This document shows, piece by piece, positions 1 through 10,895 of a stretch of DNA of 64,000 nt. The translations under genes and the position numbers were made by a program. The stretch covers positions 92,814,001-92,878,000 of the forward strand of contig OZ024747.1 of assembly GCA_964016885.1 (NCBI GenBank). Reading direction: 5' to 3'. Position 1 is the first letter of the stretch; each line of letters starts with the position of its first letter. The notes under the pieces were generated by a model, which searched no databases, was not told where the DNA came from, and was given only the letters and a program-made list of their open reading frames with translations. Origin of the DNA: Eledone cirrhosa. Its lineage: Eukaryota.

Positions 1-564
1 GGACGGATCCGGCTATCATCTGAGTCCATCGTGAGGATTGCCGCGCCCTCCTCCTTTAGCCGGGAAGGGCAGGCAGTTTTTATCTGCCTGGTGGCGAAAG
101 AGATAGTATGGTGGACACGTTTGAAAGGGCTGAAGACGAGCACTTACCTCTTCGGTGATGCTCTGATTGACTTTTTCAAATTTCATTTGAAAAGGAAAAT
201 CAGAGTAGAGAGGGAAGTGCTCTCTTCCCAGCATTTTGTTGAAAGATGGGTGAGAGAAGCAAGAATGGCCCGAGTGAATGGGCCTACTCTGAGCATATAT
301 CTGTAAATTAAAGGTGGAAAACTGGGAGAGGGCACTTGCCTTGGTGGTCAGGGTCATTGTGGCTTTTTACTGGGCTCTCCACAAATGTCCCTCCGAAGTC
401 TCCCCCCTATTGGGGAATTTTTCATTGCTATTTTCATTGTTATTTTTGTTACATCCTCTGTTTTTGTTTTTTTACACGCAGAAATGCCCATTTGTACCGT
501 CCTGCATTGTCCTGCACTGTCCTTAATGTCTACTTCATGTAAACCCTTGTGGTTAATAAAGAAA

Positions 565-617
<53 letters not shown>
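1..617 (+). mobile_element. 3' end of a Tx1/L1-group non-LTR retrotransposon (ORF2 C-terminus, 3' UTR, (TTA)n tail)
   Basis: ORF remnant 31-306 (…VAKEIVWWTRLKGLK…FFKFHLKRKIRVERE…FVERW) resembles L1/Tx1 ORF2 ends. It is followed by a UTR with AATAAA and (TTA)n at 568-617. A second copy of the UTR lies at 49473-49730. Confidence 0.7.
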
Positions 618-619
<2 letters not shown>

Positions 620-2593
620 TCTTGGTAAAGCAGAGTAACTACTGATGTAAAATGTCTAGCTTTTTAATTAAGGCTTTGAGGAAAATGTTGTGGATTAGTT
701 AACAGCATGTAACTAATTCCTCCATAAATGAAGTTGTTAGGTTAGAAGATGTATATATTTTTAAGTATTTGTCTTTTATTATGAAGTTGAAAGTTAATTA
801 TTTCCCTAAACCTATCATAATTCTTGATTATTTTGGTAATTAAAATACAAAAGTAGCAAATTCTAGTTACAATTATGGTCACAAAACAGTTAATGTTAGA
901 GCAGGAATTCAGTTGAACAAATTATTATTCTAATAAAAATGACCTTTCCCATTTATTAAGGTATGGGAGAATACACATGAAAGAGAAAAAGAAATTCTGT
1001 ATAAAGTATTGTTTATGGTGCATCATAGTGTGAGATGTGAGTAAATATGAAAGTTGGTGCCATAAAACTTAATGAAACTCTCACATTAAAAGAGATTATA
1101 CTTGACTTTTAATTTTTCAAGTAAATAATCAATACTTAAATATCATATTGAATAAATTACTTATTTTATCTGCAATCGGTTACAGAACACTGTAAATCTT
1201 TTAGAAAACAAATTGTATAACAACAGAATGCTTGTTCAGTTTTAAATTCTAAATTAACATCATTTTGCCAAAGGAAACTAATCGTCTAAATAAGTTTCTA
1301 TCAGTTCTTCTTTTAATGGTTAATTAAACTAACTTTGAAATACTAATTTTTTATTTCTATAATTTTTCCTTAAATTATTTTACTTTTTAAATTTTTAAGT
1401 AGTAAAAACATAACTTTTATTTCAACAACAAAACATGCAACCATATGTCTCAACACTATTCTATATAAACTTCTAACCATTTTAGCTTAATTAGTATTAT
1501 TCCTATTAATCTTACAGCTACTAACAAATGCATTAGTTAATGAATCTATCAACCAGCTTGACAGCCAAGATCAATGAACTTATTAAATTCATCTTCTGTG
1601 TATGAATATGTATTTGTACTGTATATGTGTTTATTCTTTTTGCACTGCAAGTTGATTGGTACAAGCATCATTCATCTTTCAAGTCAGCATAGAACATTCT
1701 TTCATATTCACACCACCCAACTTATGCCAACTAGCAACGTTTGTAATTTATTTTAACCAAATATATCTATATCCCCTTAGCCTTATACTAAAATTGGTGA
1801 AAACTAAATAAATAACATTACCAATTTCCATAAGCTACTAGTAGTTTAAGGATTAAGGGAACTATGAAGTAATAATAATAAAATCATGATTAATGAGTTG
1901 CTTAAATATATCCTTTGAAGTAGATGATCAGAGATCAACTGAAAATGCATTCCTACTATCTTGGGACATAAGAAGAGACACCTTGTTATCATATCCGATG
2001 ATTGCAAACTGAAGATATGTCAAAAAAAAGAAAGTCTTTAACAAGAAGATAAGAAATAACAACAGGATCAATGATTTGAAGACTTTGTAAGTCATTGACA
2101 AAGTTTTAAATATTATCCTCTCTGATCAATATTGATTTAGTGGTGTTTTGTGTAGTAATCTTTGGTACTGTCACAATTGCATTTATTGAAGATAAGACAG
2201 GTTGCTGCATTCAGAATTTATTAATGTTTGATCTGTCGATAGAAAAAAATAATGAATTATACATTTTATTCATTTCCAATTTAGAGCTAATTAAAGTATG
2301 GATATCTCTATGTAATTGAGAAATCTATTTTTTCTGAGATGAAGATAGCATCTGTCAAGGATCTTACTGACAGGGGAGGTTAAGTGGAGAGTCTAATGAA
2401 TTCTAAGACACTTTGCAGTCAGCAACAACCAAGGAGTAATATATAAGTCCAGTTAAGATAAAACCATAGTAACAGCAACAACAACAACAGCAAAAGAAAG
2501 TATAATCTTGAATTGAAAGCAAGACTAAAAATATGGTAATCAAGTAGATAATTGTAACTTTTGATTCAATTGAAAGTGTGGGTTACTAAAGGT

Positions 2594-2735
2594 GTTGTAT
2601 AGTGGTATTGTGTTGGAGAGGTGATGTAGTTGTGGTGTTGTGTTAGGGAGGTGGTGTAGTTGTGGTGTTGTGTTGGGAAGGTGGTGTAGTTGTGGTGTTG
2701 TGTAGGGGAGGTGGTGTTGTGTAGGGGAGGTGGTG
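2594..2735. repeat. ~30-bp GT-rich minisatellite, 4-5 copies
   Basis: Repeated unit GGTGGTGTAGTTGTGGTGTTGTGTTGGGA(A/G). Confidence 0.8.
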
Positions 2736-2814
2736 CTATATCATTCAATTGAGTTTCCACCTAAGGGTTAACATTTTAGAGTAATGTTAGAAAATATCAC
2801 AGACTTAAGGAAAT

Positions 2815-3072
2815 GATTGACAAGTTCCCAGACCTCATTCGCTAACCAAGTTGGGAATAAATTATCAAATCAGACCAAGGAACCAATGTTTCCATTGATC
2901 ATTCCATTAGTCTTTCCATTGCTGATACTATCTACCAGCTGAAACTCCTGGTAGAAGGAGCAACATGAAATAAAGTGTCTTGATCAAGGATGTAATGCAT
3001 TGCCTGGTCCAGGAATCAAACTCATAACCTCATGATTGCAAATCCAATTTTCTAACCAATAAGCCATGTGCT
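2815..3072 (-). mobile_element. tRNA-derived SINE (family B)
   Basis: The reverse complement has a CACATGGCTTATTGGTTAG A-box head and a B-box. It shares the 3' part CAATGGAAACATTG…GAATGAGGTCTGGGA with 21008-21250 and 56625-56857. Confidence 0.7.
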
Positions 3073-4975
3073 TTCATAGGTTTAAAGTATGCTTTGATAT
3101 TAATGAAAGCATCAAACTTTCCTTAATGTTGTTTTCAAATATGTGCTTACCAAAATACGTATGTCTGTGGTATATATGGATCCTAACATATAAAAGATAT
3201 CTCAACTTCTAGTAAATATTTGTGGTTTGCAACCATTGACAAAGTTAATTGTTTATTTATAACCCCATTGTAATTCTTACTTAATCGATGACATAGATGA
3301 TATACCTAAAATGTTGAGCTGTTATAAGAAACATAGAATCATTCCTGGCAGAAAGTAATATAAAGTTTAAGAATATAATGCTGACTTCGCTTGCATGAAA
3401 AATAAAATATTGCCTATTTTCAACTCAGTGTGACTACACAACTATACTGTGCCTGTTTATCTATAAATATAGGTAAATAATTTAGTGCATCTATGTATAT
3501 GTATGTACATGTATTCATACAATAACAGTAAAAATATATATATGCATGTGTGTGTGTGTATATATGTTTGTTTGCATGCATGCATCTGTGTGTTTTTACG
3601 TGGATGCTTTACACACTTAGGAATATGCTACGTGCATTTTTACTTATATCTACATATATATGTAATTTTTCTTTTGAAGGATGTAAAGAAGGGAAAAAAT
3701 GGTTTTCTAGTGCCATTCTTTCTTCTTCTTTTTTTTTTAAAGTACCCCATCCCCTGTAGTACTATCTTTTTCAATACATACAGTAATTTAACATTTACAT
3801 TTAATTAAGCTCATTGGACTTTTTATACCTCTTTTAGTGAAGATGTTTTAATAAGTCTATATTATGTCTGAAAGAATACTTTCTAAATGAAGTATTGTAA
3901 AGTTATTAAAAGTGAATAGAAGTTGATATTCTTTTATTTTGCATCTTTATACAGGAAACAACAAATTATATTTACTGAGTATTTTTTATGATAACATCAG
4001 AGGGGGAAAATAAGAATAACCTCATTTATTCATAAGAAAGTATGGATGTCTAAAACTGTAGTTAGAAAGTTACTTTGATTCATCACTTTTTTTTTCTAAG
4101 TTAAAACTACAAATGAAATATTAAAATAATATCTAAGCTTGTTAAATCATAAAAATAAACATACAAAATGTACAAATTTTAAAGAATTTTTTCCCATGTA
4201 TTTGACAAAGTGTAACACTTTGGATAAATTATTCAGGTTTTTATGAACAAGTAAAAAAAAAACAACAATAAAACAATATTGTTAATGTTGCAGCACAGAA
4301 TGTGTTAAACAATATTTCACTTCTTCAAATCCTTCTACACATCATATTCAACAAAGTAATAGTGTAAAAAAAAGAAGGATCATGATGACGACGACGATGA
4401 GTGTGTATGCAGGTAAAGCATACACATAAACACACACAGATGCATGCAAACAAACATATATACACACACACATGCACATATATATTTTTACTGTTATTGT
4501 ATGAATACATGTACATACATATACATAGATGCACTAAATTATTTACCTATATTTATAGATAAACAGGCACAGTATAGTTGTGTAGTCACACTGAGTTGAA
4601 AATAGGCAATATTTTATTTTTCATGCAAGCGAAGTCAGCATTATATTCTTAAACTTTATATTACTTTCTGCCAGGAATGATTCTATGTTTCTTATAACAG
4701 CTCAACATTTTAGGTATATCATCTATGTCATCGATTAAGTAAGAATTACAATGGGGTTATAAATAAACAATTAACTTTGTCAATAGTTGCAAACCACAAA
4801 TATTTACTAGAACTTGAGATATCTTTTATATGTTAGGATCCATATATACCACAGACATACGTATTTTGGTAAGCACATATTTGAAAACAACATTAAGGAA
4901 AGTTTGATGCTTTCATTAATATCAAAGCATACTTTAAACCTATGAAAGCACATGGCTTATTGGTTAAAAAATTGG
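3044..4975. repeat. Long inverted repeat: arms 3044-3612 and 4413-4975, ~800-bp spacer
   Basis: Read directly: the arms are reverse complements with few mismatches. ORFs 3485(+) and 4534(-) both begin MHLCICMYMYSYNNSKNIY. Confidence 0.95.
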
Positions 4976-4984
4976 TTTCTACGG

Positions 4985-5185
4985 CAGATGCCAGTGTGTG
5001 CTAGGTGCTATTTGTCATGGCTTTTACACGACCACTTTACATTGTGGGCTGAGTGCTTTTCCTACACAACCACTTTACAGTGTGGGCTAGGTGCTTTTTT
5101 TCATGACACCTACACAACCACTTTACAGTGTGAGCTAGGTGCTTTTTGTCATGACACCTACACGACCACTTTACAGTGTGGGCTG
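4985..5185 (-). repeat. SINE-internal ~45-52 bp tandem unit (CACCTACACGACCACTTTACAGTGTGGGCTAGGTGCTTTT), ~4 copies
   Basis: The same unit is tandem at 5855-6040 (+), 17500-17600 (+) and 58545-58600 (+). Confidence 0.75.
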
Positions 5186-5599
5186 GAGGCTTCACTATAC
5201 TTGTAAAATAATATTAGATTTAAACAGCAAATTAAAAAACAAACTTATGATCATTAACCAATTGTATTACTGCAGACTCTCCTCAATACAATCCCTCCAC
5301 TTCACTTTATATGGTCTTCTTAATACTTTCATCTTTATTGGATGTGTGTTACAGCTGGTTTGAACAGAATGAGGTGAGAGAATTCTGGTCAGATACAGCT
5401 GATTTAAATGCTTATGGGTAACAGTGAATTGATGTACTTATCATTTTGACAAAAAGCTGTTTACTATCTTTTCAGAAACTTAGCAAAACACAAACAACCT
5501 ATCTGAACATGAAGAAGTTCTGCTTAGATTGTTTAAGCCTAACAATGAATATGAGCCAAAGGTCAACCATGTTAAACTAATTGATTCTACTTATTAGTA

Positions 5600-6226
5600 T
5601 GCTTGTGAAAAGCAAAGCAAAGATGAGCTGAGAAAGAGGCTAGATATAAGAGGAATTAAATGTAGTGTGCAAGAGAAAAGACTGTATGGCTATTTGATGC
5701 ATAGGGAAGATGAGTATTGGGAGAAGAATTACCAAGAAACTCAATGGAAGGGAGCTACATTTGAGGGGGACCAAGAAAGACCTGGGCAGAGGTTATTAGA
5801 ATTGATCTCAGGTTGACAAAGGACTCACATGAATAGAAAGATGCTGTAGTCATGGAAGTGTCACGCCAAAAGTGCCCAGTCTACACTGAAAAGTGATTGT
5901 GTAGGTGTCACGACAAAAAGTGCCCAGTCTACACTGTAAAGTGGTCATGTAGATGTCACAAAAAATAAATGCCCAGTCCACACTGTAGAGTGGTCATGTA
6001 GGTATCACAACAAAAAGCACCCAGCACACACTGTAAATGTAGTTCAAAACCAAGAAACCAAGCCAATATCAGACCTGATCTCTCACAAAGGGACAGCCCG
6101 TCCTACCCATTCTAGTATGAAAATGGACGTTAAACGATGATAATGATGATGCTGTTCTGGAAAGAACCCATCCAACCTATGCAAACATGGAAAAGTGGAC
6201 ATAAAATGGTGATGATGATGATGATG
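5600..6226 (+). mobile_element. Decayed RTE-clade LINE 3' end with (GAT)n tail, interrupted by a SINE 3' fragment (~5848-6150)
   Basis: Translates to ELRKRLDIRGIKCSVQEKRL.YGYLMHRED…RPRKTWAEV. It ends in CCAACCTATGCAAACATGGAAAAGTGGAC…(GAT)n. GATGCTGT flanks both sides of the inner insertion. Confidence 0.65.
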
Positions 6227-7512
6227 TATGGAGACCAGTAATATAACGTAGAATAGTTAGTTATTTATTTGTTTATTTTTATAAGCAGAGTCTTCATTGT
6301 TGAAATTGTAATTAGCAAAGTTCATTCTTAGTGATAATATCAGTTGAATGAAGTACATTTTAACCAAATTCATTCAAGTTTTCTGAGGTTAATTAATAAA
6401 ATATTTGCAATCACAATAAATGATAAAATGAAAGGAAGTTTTTCATAGGTTTATGAAATCAATAGTAAAATGTTTTTAGCAATAATACTAGTAAAAATAT
6501 TTTTTTAAATATTAAGACAATAATTATCTTCTGCTGTTATTAAATGTATTTCAGCATATAATGTTAATTTAAAAAAAAAAAAGAAAAAAAAAAGAAAATA
6601 TAACTGTTGTTCATTAGTAATATAGTGTGATAGTTTGTTTGCTTGTTTTTAAATGAAGAGGGATTTTATAAGCTTTGAACTTTAAATGCATTCGCTCCAA
6701 ATCTCAATCCTTTTGCTTTCCTATTCTAGACATGCAAATCTCAATGAAATTTTGTGATCCAAGATTTATGACAGCAATGAAAATATCAAGAAAAGGAGAG
6801 CCAAATAAAAACAAAGAAACAAATCATTTTCAAAGTAACTTTTAGAACACATGATACATTTTATATCTTATTTTTTGGCTCATTTAGCTCTAGTATTTTC
6901 TATATATTTTTTTAATTTGTTTATTTTGAATGCTGTCTTCTTTTTTCTAATTTTAGTATTTTTTTTTTTTTCTGCAGTCACTACATTTGATCACTAGCTC
7001 AAAAAATATCAATACTGAGAGATCTGAAAGTGTTAATTGGACAATTTTAAATGTCCCAATAAAAAAGGTTCAAAAAATATTCTCATTTTCATTTACTCCA
7101 TCTCTTTTACCACTTCCTGATGAACTAACATATATTTGAGCTGATTAACACTCATATATTTGACATGACTTTTAACACCTCTGATGATCTTTCAACTTGA
7201 TTTTTAATTTCAACTTTACATTTTCAGTTTTGCTATATTTATTTTATTTGCAAGGACTTAGTAATTTACAAAACATCTAAAAAGACACTTATTATGACAA
7301 ATTATTTATTTAATCATTTAATAGATTATATATTTTAACTTTTTTCATCATATGTTATCCTCAAGTGCAGATGATAAAATTTATATCAGTAAAAATAGAG
7401 AACGTTTTGTGATTTGAGCTTCTATAATTATTTGTAATAAAGCTAAGATGTATCTAGAAGTTATTAAAGTTATGAGAACTATGGAGACATAAACAGAATA
7501 GAATTAATTGTA

Positions 7513-7673
7513 CGTATGTGTGTGTGTGAGTGTGTGTGTGTACATGTGTGTGCATGTGTGCATATGTGTGCATGTGTGTGTGTGTATGTGTGTGCATGTG
7601 TGTATGTAAGTGTGTGTGTGTGTGCATGTGTGTATGCATGTATGTGTGAGTGTGTGAATGTATGTGTGTACAC
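7513..7673. repeat. (TG)n/(TGCA) compound microsatellite
   Basis: Read directly. Confidence 0.9.
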
Positions 7674-8411
7674 AAGAGTCTTTTATCTGTAAAATATCTG
7701 ATCAGTTGTATATTGGAAGATGAGATAAGAAGAAAAATATATTTTTAGCATTCTGGTGGGAGACCTCAACATAAATGTTAGAAATGATACTGTCAAGAAT
7801 GATTTGATACCTATCAATATTACCTAATGCTACTTAAAAACGAATATAGGGGTAGAGTGGAATGGATTCTAAAAAGCGAAATGGGAACATTTATGATGCT
7901 ATATGAAAATCTGAAAATTATGTATTAAAAAAGAAAACATTTGTTAAAAGATGCATTTGTGAGCATGTGAGTACACATGCTGTCTAATACATCTTTTAAC
8001 AAATGTTAACCAAGTAAAATGAAACTTATACAAATGAAAAATATAGAGATGCATTGAAAAGAAATTGCTATATTACTTTATAGTTCTACAATATGTGGTC
8101 CCCTTCATTTGCTAATATATTTAATAGCCCCAAATGATCACAGAATTTATGAAATAATTTCTTTTAATGTTTGCAAAATGTAAAAATAACAGTTTTTCAA
8201 ATATAAATCAATTTAATTTCAGTCATTCTGTGTAATACTGAATACATTAATAACAAGGTTGACTGACAAAATCTTTTTTTTTCCTCCTCATCATCATCCT
8301 AATATTGAATTACTATATAGTTAATCAGCTCAAACATATTTTAGTTCATCAGGAAGTGTGCCATCTTCAGCATTTGGTAATCAGAAGAAGGAAGGTAGGT
8401 GTAAAAGCCAA

Positions 8412-8770
8412 ACTCGCTATCATGAAACTTTGGTAATGACCGAAAGAATACTATCGCAAATACAAACAGCCAAAATGGGATTCCTCCGAAGGATCTTTGG
8501 AGTAACATTACTTGATAGAGTGCATAGCTGCTACTTCTCTGAATTTAGAAATCACAGCTCCTACACTATGGGCATGTGATTAGAATGTCTCAGGAAAGAA
8601 TCGCTGGACAAATTTCATGGACAAAACCACCTGGCAGGAGACCAAGGGGTAGACCCCAAGCAAGATGGTTGAATAAAATCCATGAGCTCAGCTGGTCTCG
8701 CTTAGGGATCCATCTGCTGGATCAGTTGAAAATGGTTGCCTCTGGCAGAACCCACTGAAAGGAGTGTTTT
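8412..8770 (+). mobile_element. RTE-clade LINE 3' fragment (family 2)
   Basis: YHETLVMTERILSQIQTAKMGFLRRIFGVTLLDRV…YYGHVIRMSQERIA…GRRPRGRPQARW is a typical RTE ORF C-terminus. Confidence 0.8.
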
Positions 8771-9006
8771 AAGTCAGTTAAAACGACAACTAGAGTTAAA
8801 ATAAAGAATTCATCTATCCATGATAATATGTTTGCATTTGTAAGGATTTATTAACAAAACAAATGACAGAGCATTAGTATAACCTGTCAAATATTAGCTA
8901 ATGTTAACATGTGGGCTACTGTACATCTCGTAATGTATAGTTATATTAAGGTAAGCTTATGTAAATCTATGTTGTCAGATACTGAGAAGAAAGGTCTCAT
9001 TAATGA

Positions 9007-9400
9007 TTTCTTCTTCTTCTTCTTCTTGGGAGGCTCATGGGGACTGAGTCCTCAAGTACACCTTCTAGCAAGTCTCTATCAGAAGCAACTGCCTCCAATT
9101 GATCATCCAGCTGAATCCCCAAGTTAGACCAGCTGAGCTCATCATCATTATCATCATCATTATCATCATCATTATCATCATCATCATTATCATCATCATT
9201 ATCATCATCTTTTAACATCTATTTTCCACACTGATGTTGATCCAACCATCTTGCTCTCGGTCTACCGCTGTGTCTCCAATCGGCTAGTTTTGCCCTTAAA
9301 ATCTGTCCAGTGATTATTTCCTTAAAGATACAACATGTCCGTAGTATTGGAGCTGCGATCTCTTGATTTGGAGGAGTAGTGGCTCTACTTAGAGTGTCTC
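9007..9400 (-). mobile_element. RTE family 2 3' fragment with (GAA)n tail, split by a (CAT)n-tailed SINE end at ~9140-9240
   Basis: ELSWSNLGIQLDDQLEAVASDR at 9060-9140. Segment 9240-9400 matches the upstream part of the copy at 39842-40095. Confidence 0.7.
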
Positions 9401-9484
9401 CCTCATCTCATTAATGAAGTCAGCTGCTTAAATCAGATATGGATATATGAGTACAAGCAGTATTTATGGCTATGAGAATATTTA

Positions 9485-9652
9485 CCTTATTTCCCAGCAT
9501 CGAAGACGCTACTTTTTTCCTAAAATAAGTCTCAAAATTCTACCATGCGTCCTGGAAGCCGAAGGTTGTTTATTATTTTTTTTCAAATTTTTGTTTGTCA
9601 AAATTAGGGTGCATCCTCGAGGACTAAGCATCTTTGGCGCCGGGAAATACGG
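9485..9652. mobile_element. pogo/Tigger-like (Tc1/mariner superfamily) MITE
   Basis: Imperfect TIRs CC(T/G)TATTTCCC(A/G)GC… and …GCCGGGAAATACGG, with TA on both sides. Confidence 0.7.
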
Positions 9653-10675
9653 TAATTTGTTGTTCTATTATGTAATTTTCTTAACAATGGTCTTAGAAAC
9701 TAAAATATTTAAATGACCCTGAACCAAAATTAGAACATAATGTTTGTTTATAAGTTGTGTACTCAAATAATTATTCAAATACTAATTATTAACTCCAACT
9801 AGGTCTTAAGTATATTTTATTTAAATAAAGATAGTTTAAGTCTATTATTATAAGTGTGTGTGTATATTTAAATGTTTATTACAAATAGCATGAAAAAGAA
9901 TTTATACAAAACTCAATTACTTCAGAATAGGAAATCTCAGAAAATTGTTGAGAAGAAAGTGGCCATAATAACAATTAGTTATATAGTGTAAGTTATAATG
10001 ATGTACAATAAGGTGACGAGACTGATACTTTTTAGTTTATGATATAAGTACCCTTTCCTTGGTCATTAACCATTTGTCACACCTCCTTATTTTCAGCTTA
10101 ACTATATACAACAACCTAAAAACAAAATCTGTCAAATATATCAAGAGTCTTGAACAGGAAAGAGACAAGTTGCCTACATCATTTTTTAACAAACAATTAT
10201 TAGAAAAGAAAAGTATAAGTAGTTCCATTAAATGTTCAAGATAAGTTATTGTTAATAAGATTATATTTTTTCAGACTATTAACTTCATATTTAGAGATGA
10301 AATATTTCTTTGATATTTACATCTGCACAATATTTGTTTTCGAAGCATAATTAGATATCTTGTTCTGAACATGTACATAGTACTGGATTTGATTCAAACT
10401 AGGAACCTTTATTTCTAAATTAATAAGTAGTGACACTCTTATCCCCTATCCCACTTGATACATGTACACTTAATGTTTTTTAGGTTATATAAACTTATCT
10501 TTCAGTAAAGCAACCATGTTGAGGTAATGTCAGCACTTGACTTACTGATTGGGTTTTCAACAAACTCTCTCTATATATTTGTAGTTCTATATCATTTATA
10601 GAAATTTCATTTCATTACAGTATACTATTTCTTAGCTGTATGCATCCAGTTTAAAATACGTACACCATATTTTTG

Positions 10676-10870
10676 CAGACCTGTCAACTCTTTCCAACCA
10701 ACAGGAAGATCTCCCACCCACTTTGGGGTAGGTGAGATATGTCTTCTCTTGTAAAAATGGATATAGCTTTCATTATGTAAAATCTCCCCATTTTGCCTCA
10801 TTTCTTTCTGTTTTGGGGCACCATTTTTCATGGTACTCCCCGTTTGGGTTTTTAGAGGTTGGCAGGTCTG
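10676..10870. mobile_element. hAT-like MITE
   Basis: TIRs CAGACCTGTCAAC and GTTGGCAGGTCTG, with TTTTTG repeated on both flanks. Confidence 0.7.
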
Positions 10871-10895
10871 TTTTTGTGTGCTGTGAGATGTGACT

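Noticed and set aside
7117-7195. Two CTGATGA motifs suggesting hammerheads or C/D-box RNA
   Set aside because: I could not find a stem II followed by GAAA, or terminal pairing.
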